Assembly (NCBI RefSeq): GCF_009914755.1
Contig: NC_060947.1
DNA length: 64,000 nucleotides
Origin: the human T2T-CHM13v2.0 reference genome, Homo sapiens
Strand: one strand, 5' to 3'
In this document: positions 31,868 to 44,443 of the stretch, piece by piece
How positions within the stretch are numbered: the stretch's first letter is position 1
Layout of the letters: each line of letters begins with the position of its first letter
The notes under the pieces: generated by a model
Seen by the model: only the letters and a program-made list of their open reading frames with translations
Told to the model about the DNA's origin: nothing
Databases searched by the model: none
Translations under genes and position numbers: made by a program

Positions 31868-32948
31868 TTTTTTTTTTTTTGTAGAAACAGACACATTCAT
31901 ATTTGTACACATGTAGTTAATTTAGAACCTGGGACTTTTACAATCAATTCCCCAAACCCCTTTATGGAAAGTGATGGACTACACAGCAATGCTGAAGGAG
32001 CATATTTTCTCTCTCTAGGAAGAAGAGGATTAGTAGACACAATTGTGTGCATCAAGAGAAATTTGCAATAAAAAAATCAAAGTAAGACAAATGTCCCAGA
32101 AACCTGAATTTTATTGACACTGTTATTTTCCCACAGAGAATCTTAGAAAGCTGTCATATTTTCTCTTAATGAATGAGAGGAACCCACTTGTATCCCTGAA
32201 TCATTCTTTGGGAAAAGCAACAGAAACAATTGACAGTCACACTTCTAAAATAAAACAGTCACTACCTTCAGTCCACACCTCCACACCCTTACCTGCCTGC
32301 CCAATGGCTGTCATTTCTGTAAAGTCACCCTCTTGTACTCTGGTGTTACCACGAGAATTGAAATTTTCAAGCAGAAAAAAAAAAAAAATTCATGGTATAA
32401 ATAAGTGACTGGTGGCCCAAAGGAAGTCCTTTGACTATGAATCCAATTTTCTGTTCAATCCACACTGCAGAGATACAAGCATAAACCACCATTTTGGTTC
32501 CCAAATTCTTTTCAAGAACTCATACAAAATATTCCAGATAAATGAAATTTAATCCTCATCTTCCTCCTCTTCTTCATCCTGGTTAATTTGGAAGTAACGG
32601 AATTCATAACTCTCTTAGCAACTACGTGCAACCAATCACATAGATTATTCTTCTTCAAATATTTTTTGGTAAGATATTTCAAATACCTTTTGGAAAAAGG
32701 CACCTGGGATGTCACGGTGATATTTCTCTTGCTCCTTTCGATGGTCACTGCCCCTTACCAAGTTTCTCAGCTTTTCTGATCACTTTGATGCTTTCTTGCA
32801 AAAACTGCTCAAAATTGGCAGCATCCATGATTCCATCTTTTATGGGGTGGGTGCAATCAAGAGTGAATTTCAGAATCTGCTTCTTTTTTTTGCCCCCCTT
32901 CATCACAAGCTTTTTCACGGGTGCCATGGCAGTAGCGGAGGCAGAAAG
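31868..32948 (-). pseudogene. RPL22: RPL22 processed pseudogene: 5'UTR, frameshifted CDS 32549-32927, ~670-nt 3'UTR, A tail
   Basis: [43 protein letters not shown] and [36 protein letters not shown] match eL22. Two frameshifts, pyrimidine-rich 5' end, T-run at ~31867-31880. The symbol given is the parent gene. Confidence 0.97.
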
Positions 32949-32949
32949 C

Positions 32950-33171
32950 CAGATATCTCTTTAACATAATAATTTTCTTTCCTTTGGATGTATATCCAGT
33001 AGTGTGATTGCTGAGAACATACAGTGGTTTAATTTTTAGTTTTTTGGGGAACCTCCATACTGTTTTCCACAGTGTCTGTACTAATTTACATATACACAAT
33101 TTACATATATATTTACATACACCAACAGTATGTAAGAATTCCCTTTATTCTTCATCCTCTCCAGAATTTAT
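32950..33171 (-). mobile_element. ~220-bp L1MA-type late-ORF2 fragment fused to the 5' end of the RPL22 retrocopy
   Basis: Translates [21 protein letters not shown] (L1 ORF2 C-terminal motif). Confidence 0.85.
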
Positions 33172-33271
33172 CTTAATTTCTAATTTTAGTTATGTGGTAC
33201 CTCTCTTATTTCTCAGTCAATCTAGCTAAAGTTGTGTCAATTTTGTTTATCCTTGCAAAGAATCAATTTTT

Positions 33272-33618
33272 TCTTTCTGTCTTTCTTTCTTCTTTCTTTC
33301 TTTCTTTTTTCTTTCTTTTTTTTTTTTTTTTTGAGATGGAGTCTCACTCTGGCACCCAGGCTGGAGTGCTGTGGCGCGATCTCGGCTCACTGCAAGCTCC
33401 ACCTCCCGGGGTTCACGCCATTCTCCTACCTCAGCCTCCTGAGTAGCTGGGACTACAGGCGCCTGCCACCACGCCCGGCTAATTTTTTTTTTGTATTTTT
33501 AGTAGAGACGGGGTTACACCGTGTTAGCCAGGATGGTCTTGATCTTCTGACCTCGTGATCCACCCACCTCTGCCTCCCAAAGTGCTGGCATTACAGGCGT
33601 GAGCCACCGCGCCTGGCC
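33272..33618 (-). mobile_element. AluY with a (CTTT)n-patterned tail
   Basis: 'gcaagctcc', 'ttcacgccattctcc', 'ccgtgttagccaggatgg' AluY diagnostics; TSD caattttt. Confidence 0.95.
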
Positions 33619-34037
33619 CAATTTTTATTTTTATTGATTTTCTCTGTTGTTTATCTATTCTTATATTTATCTTCGTTCTCATCCATATTAATTTTTTCCA
33701 TCAACCAAATTTGAGCTCGGTTTGCTTTTTTTCCAGTCCTTTATGTTGTAAAGTTAAATTATTTACTCTAGATACATTTTTTAAATAATGTAAGCATTTA
33801 AGCTATAAATTTTCCTCTTAGACCTTCTTTGACTGACTGTGTAAGTGTTGGGATGTTGTTTTAAAATTTTGTGAGTCTCAGTGTTTTTCCGATCAATTTT
33901 TAAATATTTTTTTCTTTAACCTATTTGTTTTGTAAAAAGGTGTTTCATTTCCACATACTTGTAAATTTTTTTAGTATTCCTTTTGTTATTTACTATTAGT
34001 TTCATTCCATTTTTATTAAAAATATATATTGCACGTT

Positions 34038-34335
34038 GGTGTTGTTTGTTTGTTTCTGAGACAGTCTTCCTCTTCACCAAGGCTGAGTGCAGAGGGGTGA
34101 ACATGATTCACTGTAGCCTCATCCTCCTGTTCTCAAGTGGTTCTCCCACCTCAGCCTCCTGAGTAGCTGGGACTACAGGCATGCATCTTCATGCCCACCT
34201 AATCTATTTTCTTTTTGAAGAGATGGGATCTCACCATGTTGCCCTGACTCTTTTTAAACTCCTGGCCTCAAACAATCCTCCTGTCTCAGACTCTCAAAAG
34301 TCTGGGATTATAGGCATGAGCCTCCTTGCTCAGCC
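34038..34335 (-). mobile_element. AluJ (diverged)
   Basis: Dimeric Alu with J-type 'cactgtagcctc', 'ctcccacctcagcctcc', 'ctcctggcctcaaacaatcctcc'. Confidence 0.88.
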
Positions 34336-34519
34336 ATATGTTTTTAATCTTTATTTGTACCAATTTTATGGCCTAATATATAGTCTACCCTGGTAAATGT
34401 TTCATGTACAGTTGAGAATGCTATGTATTGTGGTGCTGTTTTTTGGGTAGAGTGTCCTCTGTATTTCTTTTAGTTGCAGGTGGTTTATAGTTTTGTTCAA
34501 GTTCACAGTATTCTCACTG

Positions 34520-36255
34520 ATTATATTGATTAATTTTATGTGTTAACTTTGCTGGGTAACTGCCCAGCACATGGTCAAATATCATTCTGAATGTTTCTAT
34601 GAAGGTGAGTTCTTTTTGGATTAGATTAACATTTAAATTTGAGGATTTTGAGTAAAGCAGATTACCCTCTATAATGAGGGTGGGCCTCATATAATCAAGA
34701 GAAGCTCTCAATAAAAATAGAATAATTTATCCTGGGGAAAAAAAATCCTTCCAGTAGACTGCCTTTAGTTTCAGATTGCAATTATTTCTCAGGGTGATCA
34801 GCTAGCTACCTGGTGCCAGGTTTATTTCACTGAACTGCTTTCATCATGGAAGACAGTATTTTGTTGTTGCTAAAATATACACTTACTGCGGATATAAATT
34901 TGCCTTCCTTTTATGCACAGCATTGAGACTATGGTCATAGGATTCAGTGGTCTTGCCATGTTTTCTCCACCAGAATTATGGAGCTGGCCAACAGAACCAT
35001 GAAATGGTCTTTTGAAGACTCTGTGACAGTGCAATCTAAGTGGTAAATACCATGTAGCGCTGGGGCACATTTCTTCAGAAAGTTGTGTATGATCTAAAAC
35101 AGCATCCAGTATATTGTAATGCTCCTCCCATACCCAGGATTCACAGGTCCAGGAATCAACAAGTTGAAATGGGAATGGCAAAACTATTACCGCTAGTGAC
35201 TCACTTGTAACAATTTTTTTTCTATAATATTACAGGTCTTAATTACAAAGGGATGGATACTTTTACTAGAAGACACAAGAATTCCATTGAATTGGAAGTT
35301 AAGATTGCTCCTCAGCCACTTTGAGCTCCTCATTACTCTGAATTGTGAAGAAGAGACTATTAATAGCCCAGACACTTCTGGAATGAAACTTTGTGTCAGT
35401 CCCCAGGTGAAAAACTACAACCAGCTGAAGTATTTTCTAAGAGCAAAGGAAATACAGTATGTATAGTTATGAGTACCAGATATGACTGCATGACAAGTTA
35501 TAGAAAAGGTGATTGTAGTTGTCTTATTTTGTTTTGTTATGAATATGTGTATAAATAATTCTTTGTTTTCTTCTATGCTTTTATCATGTAACATAATATA
35601 TATTTACATTATATCATGGTTTTACATATTGTTTACTTTACATCATATTATTTCAGTTATGGGATATCAAGAAGAAGAGTAAACATTTTCCAAAGATTTT
35701 GCATTCTCTTCTGAGAAAGGAGTTAGTACATTTTCAGTTATATGCGGATAGTTGTATTATATTTGGCAGGAGTATGGTCTTCTAATTTTCTTTATTAAGA
35801 GTTTAGGTATGGTGTACAGAGATGTGTATAGATGGCAGTTTGACAAGGGGAGGACTTGTAATGTTTACTTTTTTGTGTCAACGTTGTTGGGCCACAGTGC
35901 CCAGGTATTTGATCAAACATTATTCTGGATGTTTCTTTGAATGCGTTTTATGGATGAGATTAACATTTAAATCAGTAGACTTGAGTAAAGCAGATTACCC
36001 TCTATTGTGGCCGAGAATCATCAATTAATGGAAGGATTTAATTAAATGAAACAGACATCTCACAAGGAAGAAGGAATTCTGCCAGTAAACTGCCTTTGTA
36101 CATGGACTACAACTTTTTCCTGGGTCACCAGTCCGCCAGACTACTCTTAATATATTAAACTTGCACCTCTGCAATCATATGACTGATTTCAGAAAGAAAT
36201 CCCTTTGTATTTGCCTATCAATCTATCTATTCCTTTATTGACTGTCTATCTAGAG
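34520..36255 (+). mobile_element. Deleted ERVL provirus: partial MLT2C/D LTR (34520-34810), pol/integrase and 3' internal remnant, second LTR from ~35857 (its tail resumes at ~39760-39795)
   Basis: Two homologous LTRs ('gattaacatttaaat..tgagtaaagcagattaccctcta'); ERVL internal motif 'ccaggattcacaggtccaggaatcaa'; PPT-like 'gacaaggggaggact'. Confidence 0.82.
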
Positions 36256-36404
36256 AAATTTTATACACACATACACACACACACACACACAAACAATTGG
36301 CCTTCTATGTCTGTGGCTTCTGCATCTATTAATCCAACCAACTGTGAATCACAAATATTCAAGAAAAAAAATAATCACTAAGAAAACAATAAGAAAAATA
36401 ATAT

Positions 36405-36739
<335 letters not shown>

Positions 36740-36883
36740 TTACATAGCACTTACATTGTTTTAGGTATTATAAGTAATCTAGAGATTTAAAGTATATAGG
36801 AGGATGTGCATAGGTTATAGACAAATACTATGTCATGTCATACAAGGGACCTGAGCATCTGTGAAGTTTGGTATCTATGGGAG

Positions 36884-37250
36884 TGTATTAGTCTGTTTTC
36901 ATGCTGCTGATAAAGACATAACTGAGACTGGGCAATTTACAAAGGAAAGAGGTTTAATGGAGAACTCACAGTTCCTCGTGGCTGTGGAGGCCTCATAATC
37001 ATGGTGGAAGGCAAGGAGGAACAAGTCACATCTTATAGGGATGTCAGCAGGCAAAGAGACATTTTTGCGGAGAAATTCCCATTTTTAAAACCATCAGATT
37101 TTGTGAGACCCATTCACTATCATGAAAACAGCATGGGAAAGACCCGCCACTGTGAATCAGTTATCTCCCACCAGGTCCCTCCCACAACACATGGGAATTA
37201 TGGGAGCTACAAGATGAGATTTGAGTGGGAACAAAGAGCCAAATCATACA
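36884..37250 (-). mobile_element. THE1A/B solo LTR
   Basis: 'tgtattagtctgttttcatgctgctgataaagacata..' to 'gagccaaatcataca'. Confidence 0.92.
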
Positions 37251-37399
37251 AGGGGTTCCTAGAAAAAATCCCCTACAGTTACCTAGGAATGACTGTGTAG
37301 AAAGAAAAAGATAAGTCTACAGATCAATCTCCACAGAGATATCTATATCTATATGTCTCTCTATATAGATACATAGATAAAGGTATTTATATATGTATG

Positions 37400-39721
37400 T
37401 GTATAAGTTCGTGCTCACGCTGCTGATAAAAAACATACCCGAGACTGGGCAATTTACAAAAGAAAGGATTAATTGGATTCACAGTTCCAAGTGGCTGGGG
37501 AGGCCTCACAATCATGGCAGAAGGCAAGAAGAAGCAAGTCACATCTTATGTGGATGGTGGCAGGCAAAGAGAGAGCTTGTGCAGAGAAAATCCCATTTTT
37601 AAAACCATCAGATCTTGTGAGACTCATTCATTATCATGAGAACAACACAGGTAAGGCCATTCCCCATAATTCAATCACCTCCCACTAGGTACCTCCCGTG
37701 ACATATGGAAATTGTGGGAGTTACAATTCAAGATGAGATTTGGGTGGTGACACAACCAAACCATATCATCCTGCTCCTGGCCCCTCCCAAATCTTATGTC
37801 CTTACATTTCAAAATCAATCATTTCTTCCCCACAGTCCCACAAAGTCTTGACTCATTTCAGCATTAACTCAAAAGTCCACAGTCTAACGTCTCATCTGAG
37901 ACAAAGCATGTCCCTTCTGCCTATGAGCCTGTAAAATCAAAAGTAAGTTAATTACTTCCTAGGTACAATGGAGCTACAGACATTGGGTAAATACAGCTGT
38001 TTCAAATATGAGAAATTGGTCAAAACAAAGGAGCTACAGGCCTCATGCAAGTCCAAAATCCAGTGGGGCAGTCAAATCTTAAAGCTCAGAAATTATCTCC
38101 TTTGACTCCATGTCTCACATCCAGGTCTTGCTGATGCAAGAGGTGGGTTCCCATGGTCTTGGATAGCTTTGCCTCTGTGGTTTTGGTGGGTACAGCCTGC
38201 CTCCCTGAAGCTTTCACGGGCTGGTGTTGTCTGTGGCTTTTCTAGGCACATGATGCAAGTTGTCAGTGGATCTATCATTGTGGGATCTGGAGAATGGTAG
38301 CCCTTTTCTCACAGCCCCACTAGGCAGTGCCCCAGTAGGGACTCTGTGTGGGGCTCCAATCCCACATTTCCCTTCTCCAGTGCCCTAGCAGATGTTCTCC
38401 ATGAGAACCCTGCCTTTGCAGCAGACTTCTGCCTGGATATCCAGGCATTTTCTGAAGTCCAGGCATTTTCATACATCCTCTGAAATCTAGGTAGAGGTCC
38501 TCTAAACCTAATTCTTGACTTCTGTGCACTGTTAGGCTTAATGCCACATGGAAACTGCCAAGGCTTGAGGCTTCCACCCTCTGAAGCTGTGGCCCGAGCT
38601 CTATGTTGGCCCCTTTCTGCCCCAACTAGAGGGGCTGTGATGCAGGGCACCAAGTCCCTAGGCTGCACACAACCCAGGGGCCCTGGGCCTGGCCCACAAA
38701 ACCACTTTTTCCTCCTGGGCCTCCAGGCCTGTGATGGGATGGGCTGCCATGAAGGCCTCTGACATGCCCTGGAGACATTTTCCCCATTGTCTTGGAGATT
38801 AAAATTAAGCTCCTTGTTACTTATGCAAATTTCTGCAGCTAGCTTCAATTCCCGCTCAGAAAATGGGATTTTCCTTTCAATCACATTGTCCAGCTGCAAA
38901 TTTTCCAAGCATTTATGCTTGCTTCCCTTATAAAACTGAATGCCTTTAGCAGCACCCAAGTCACATCTTGAATGCTTTGCTGCTTAGAAATTTCTTCTGC
39001 CAGATACCATAAATCATCTCCCTTAAGTTAAAAGTTCCACAATTCTCTAGGACAGGGGCAAGTGTCACCAGTCTCTTTGCTAAAACATAACAAGTCACAT
39101 TTGCTCCAGTTCCCAACAAGTTCCTAATTTCCATATGAGACTACCTAAACCTGGACTTTATTGTCCATATTTCTATCAGCAATCTGGGCAAAGCTATTTA
39201 ACAAGTCTCTAGGAAGTTCCAAACTTTCCCACATTTTTCTGTCTTCTGAGCCCTCTGAACTGTTGCAACCTCTGCCTGTTACCCAGTTCCAAAGTCGCTT
39301 CCACATTTTCAACAACTCCCCACTCTACTGGAACCAATTCACTGTATTAGTCTGTTTTCATGCTGCTGGTAAAGGAATAACCAAAACTAGGCAATTTACA
39401 AAAAAAAAAAAAAAGCTTAAGCTTAATTGGACTCACAGTTCCACATGGCTAGGGAGGCCTCACAATCTGGAACAAGGCAAGAAGGAGCAAGTTACATCTT
39501 ATTTGGATAGTGGCAGGCAAAGCAAGATTTTGTGCAGAGAAACTCCCATTTTTAAAACCATCAGACCTCATGAGACTCATTCACTACCACAAGAACAGTG
39601 CAGCAAAGACCTGCCCCCATAATTCAATTACCTTCCACCAGGGTCCTTTCATGACATTTGGGAAATGTGCGAATTACAATTCAAGATGAGATTTGGGTGG
39701 TGCCACACCCAAACCATATCA
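37400..39721 (-). mobile_element. Complete THE1B-type MaLR provirus: LTR 37400-37768, internal 37769-39342, LTR 39343-39721
   Basis: Two LTRs; THE1-int ORF remnants (ENLQLDNVIERKIPFS..LAAEICISN); TSD gtatg/ttatg. Confidence 0.93.
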
Positions 39722-39799
39722 TTATGTGTGTATGTATGTGTACAAACACATACATCTACGTAGTTAATTCTGTTTATCAAGAGAATACCATAGTGTATT

Positions 39800-41245
39800 A
39801 TTCAGTACTAGTACACTGTTCTTTTTTTGTGGTTGTGTATCCATTATTAAGAGTGGAGTATTAAAGTTGCCAACTGCGATTTTAGAACCCCTTTTCCATT
39901 TTCAATTATGTCAATATTTGCTTCATATTTCAGAGCGCTATTGCTTGGTGCACATATGTTCATAATCATTATATATTTTGAGAAGTTAGTCTTTTATCAA
40001 TGTATAATGTTCCTCTTTGTCTCTTGTAGTAATTTTTTACTTAAAGACTATTTTGTCTCTTATTGGTGTAGCCAGTCCAACTCTCTTTTGTTCAGTATTT
40101 ACATAAAATACATTTTTATTCTTTTCACTGTCAATCTGTTTGTGTTCTAGGAAAGTTCAGCATTTGTAGATTGCATATATTTGAATCATGTATTTTAATC
40201 TATTTTTCCACTTTATGCCATTTGATTGGGAAGTTTAATTTGTATGATTTTTTATTTCTATTATTTTAGATATGGGGTCTTTCTATGTTTCTCACGCTGG
40301 TTTTGAACTCCTCTCCTTTAACCATCCTCCTGCCTTGGCCTCTCAAAGCACTGAGATTAAAGTCATGAGCCTCCATGACTGGACATTCCTTTGCATTGGA
40401 GTAATTACTAATAAGGGAAAAAATAGGGTTTTTTTTCATTTTGTTAATAGGGTTTATTTTCATTTTGTTAATTTTTTAAATATATTTTATAGATTTTTCC
40501 ATTGTTTCCTCCATTACTTCGTTTTGTGTTTAATGGATTCTTTGAAGTTATAAATGTTTACACCCTTTTTATTTTATTTCTTGTATTCAATATTTTATTT
40601 GGGGTTCCCATGAAGATTACATGTAGCATCCCCAAATTATAATAATCTAATTTGAATTTATACCAATTTACCTTCAGTCACATACTAATAGAACTTATAA
40701 CTATACTGTTTTACTCACCTTCCATGTTATGTTATTTGTGTTACAAGTTACATCTTTATTTATTATGTGCCTAATAGCATAGATTTATAATTATATTTTA
40801 TGCATTTGTCTTTTCAAAACCATGGAAAATTTAAAGCAGAGTATTAAAACCAAAATTACAATAATAATAGCTTTTATATATGTCTATGTATTTACATTTA
40901 CAGAAATTCTTTATATTTTTATATGCCTTTGAGTTACTACATACAGTTCTTACATTTCAATCTGAAGGCATTTCTTTATATTTATATTTCTATGAGCAGA
41001 TAATAGTTGTATGAAGGAATTGCCTTAGCATTTTTATAAAGATAGTCTACTGAAAATGATTCCTTCAGCTTTTGTTTATCTGTAAATGTCTTACGTCCTC
41101 CCTTATTTTTTGCAGGAGAGTCTTGACATATATAATTCCAAGTTGACAGGGTTTTTTTTTCTAAAAATTTCTTTCCGTGCATTAAACAGATCACCCCACT
41201 ACTTTCTGGCCTCCAAGGTTTCTAATGAGAAATTAGTATTAAGAC
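39800..41245 (-). mobile_element. Ancient L1M fragment (ORF2 start / ORF1 end) with a FLAM-like monomer at ~40260-40385
   Basis: ORF 40982-41194 retains 'KTFTDKQKLKE' (ORF1 C-terminal motif). Confidence 0.7.
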
Positions 41246-41247
41246 CA

Positions 41248-42480
41248 TTAAATGGAGGAAAGAACAGTCTCTTCAGCAAATGGTGACAGGAAAAATGAAT
41301 ATGTACGTGTAGGAGAATAAACGTGAACTTTTACCTCATACTTTATAGAAAAATTAAATCAAAATAAATCAAATAACAAAACTTAAGGAATAAATCATAA
41401 AAATGTTTCAAATAAAACATAGAGTTAAATCTTCATTACCTTGGAGTTGCAATAGATTCTTAGCTATAACACCAAAAGCACAAGCTACAAAAAATAGATA
41501 CATTGGACTCCATCAAAACTGAAAACTTTGTTCATCAAAGGACATTATTAAGAAAGTGAAAAGACAACTTAAGTTATGAGTCAAAAGATCTGCAAATGAT
41601 ACACTTGATAAAGTTTTAGTGTCTAGAGTATAAAAATAAGATAACTCATTTACATTATGAGAAAATGGTTTGGATAAACATTTCTCTAAAGAAGGCATAC
41701 AAATGATCAACATACACATAAAAAGATGCTTAACATAATTAGTCATTGGGGATACACAGATCAAAATTACAATGCGATGCCACTACTCACAAAATAGGAT
41801 AACTATTTTCTTTAATAATGTGAATCAAGTGGAACTCTCATACATTAGTGGTGAAAATGGACAATGGTGCAGCTACTGTGGAAAACAGTTTAATGGTTTC
41901 TCAAAAAAAAAAAAAACCCAAATTATAACATGATTCAGCCATTACACCACTAGTTATATACTCAAAAGTATTGAAGAGTGACTCACACACATATGTGTAT
42001 GCCAATATTTGTTGTAGTGTTATTTATGATAGCCAAATCTTGAAACAAACTAAGTGCTTTTCAAGAGATGAATGGATAAACAAAATTACACACACACGCA
42101 CGCACACACACACAATCATTCAGCCATAAAATTTAATCAGTTCTTATTCATACTATGATGTGGATGAACATTAAACCATTACGCTAAGTGAAACAAGACA
42201 GACATAAAAAAACTATTGTATGATTCCACTTATATGATATATATAAAACAGGCAAATTTATAAAGGGAAAATTTCATTAGCTGTTACCAGGGGTGAGAAA
42301 GAAGGGAGATCTGAAAAATTATTTTTAATGGGTACATAGTTTCTGCTTGGGAGTAATGAAAATGTTTTGCAAATAGATAGTGGTTATGATTGTACAACAT
42401 TGCCAATGTGATTAATACTACTGAATCTTACATGTAAAATTGTATGATTTATGTTTTATGTATTCTATAACAATTAAAAA
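41248..42480 (+). mobile_element. 5'-truncated L1MB/MC/MD-type 3' fragment
   Basis: Late ORF2 remnants; 3' end 'atagatagtggttatgattgtacaacattg'. Confidence 0.78.
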
Positions 42481-42679
42481 ATATTTTCAGCTGTGAACCT
42501 TTATTGTTTCACCTTTCTTTTTTTGCTTTTTACTTAATTTCTTTTATCTCACTCTATCTCAACCTCTCTTTGTACATATACTCTTTACTGATTTTCAAAT
42601 TTTTTTCACTAGGTCAGAAAAATTTTTTGCATAAAGTAAGTTGTTTGGCATTTTACAGTACAAATATAACTTTAGCAAT

Positions 42680-42910
42680 AATAATCATTTATATAATACA
42701 TAAAATACTAGAAACTCTACTAAATGCTCTCTATATATTATTCTATTTAATCTTCCATGACTATTAGGAGGCAGGTACCATTATTATGACCAATAGAGAA
42801 ATGAGAAATTATAGCACAGAGAAGTTAATTCAATTTTACAAGATCACACAGCTAGTCACTGGTGGGATGATATTCAAACAGATATATTGAAGTTTCAGAG
42901 TTTCTGCTTT
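42680..42910 (-). mobile_element. MIR
   Basis: 'gcacagagaagttaatt..aagatcacacagctagt..ggatgatattcaaac'. Confidence 0.75.
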
Positions 42911-42937
42911 TTTTTTCTTCTATTGATACACAAAGGT

Positions 42938-44330
42938 ATGTGTGTATATATATATATAAGATCTTATATATATACTATATATATAATATATATAAGATCG
43001 TGTATATATAAGATCTTTTATATATACTATATATTATATATAAGATCTTATATATATACTATATATCATATATAATATAATAAAGTATATATAGTATATA
43101 TATAAGATCTTATATATACTATATCTGTACTATATATACTACATATGATATATCTATACTATATATAGTATATATAGTATATATAGTATATATAGCATAT
43201 CTATACCACATATACTATATATAGTACATATGTAGTATATCTATACTATATATACTATATATAGTATATATGTAGTATATATACTACGTATATATAGTAT
43301 ATATGTAGTATATATACTACGTATATATAGTATATACGTATTATATATATACTACATATATACTATATGTAGTATATATACTGTATATAGTATATATTAT
43401 ATATAGTATATCATATATAGTATATATAGTATATCATATATATACCATATATAACATATATGGTATATATATAATATGTAATATATGCATAATATATGTA
43501 TAATATATATGTAATATATAATATATACTATATATAATATATATACTATATATAATATATATGTATATATAGTATGTATATATAGTACATATGGTATAGA
43601 TATACTATATAGTATATACTATATATACTATATAGTATATCTATACCATATATACTATATATACTCTATATAGTACATCTATACCATATATACTATATAT
43701 ACTCTATATAGTATATCTATACCATATACACTATATATACTCTGTATAGTATATCTATACCATATACACTATATATACTCTGTATAGTATATCTATACCA
43801 TATACACTATATATACTCTGTATAGTATATCTATACCATATACACTATATATGATCTATATAGTATGTCTATACCATATACACTATATATACTCTATATA
43901 GTATATCTATACCGTATACACTATATATACTCTATATAGTATGTCTATACCATATACACTATATATACTCTATATAGTGTGTCTATACCATATACACTAT
44001 ATATACTCTATATAGTGTGTCTATACCATATACACTATATATAATCTATATAGTATGTCTATACCATATACACTATATATACTCTACATAGTATGTCTAT
44101 ACCATATACACTATATATACTCTATATAGTATGTCTATACCATATACACTATATATACTCTATATAGTATATCTATACCATATACACTATATATACTCTA
44201 TATAGTATATCTATACCATATACACTATATATACTATAGATTATATATAGTATATATACTATCTATTGCATATATGCTATAGATATACTATCTATAGTAT
44301 ATCTATAGTATATATGGTATAGATATATTT
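42938..44330. repeat. 1.4-kb TA-rich low-complexity block
   Basis: Directly visible. Confidence 0.97.
43643..44238. repeat. 38-bp minisatellite (ATACCATATACACTATATATACTCTATATAGTATATCT), 15 full copies plus a partial copy
   Basis: Unit starts every 38 bp from 43643 to 44213, with few variant positions. Confidence 0.95.
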
Positions 44331-44443
44331 TGTATTTTTTATGCATTTGGTAGACTCTTAATCAGTGATTCCATCTGATCTTAGAATTTTCTTTGTTGGA
44401 TGACATTTTATTAATGACATAATTCCACTGTTTGTTATTGGTC

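Noticed and set aside
32512-32927. RPL22 as a functional retrogene
   Set aside because: Two frameshifts and a premature stop after 60 codons
38309-38959. 216-aa ORF, and the similar ORF at 45271-45822
   Set aside because: Remnants of the THE1/MST internal ORF, frameshifted and multicopy
43643-44238. Regular 38-bp repeat superficially like a CRISPR array
   Set aside because: Units are head-to-tail with no unique spacers, there are no cas genes, and the context is a mammalian genome; it is a minisatellite
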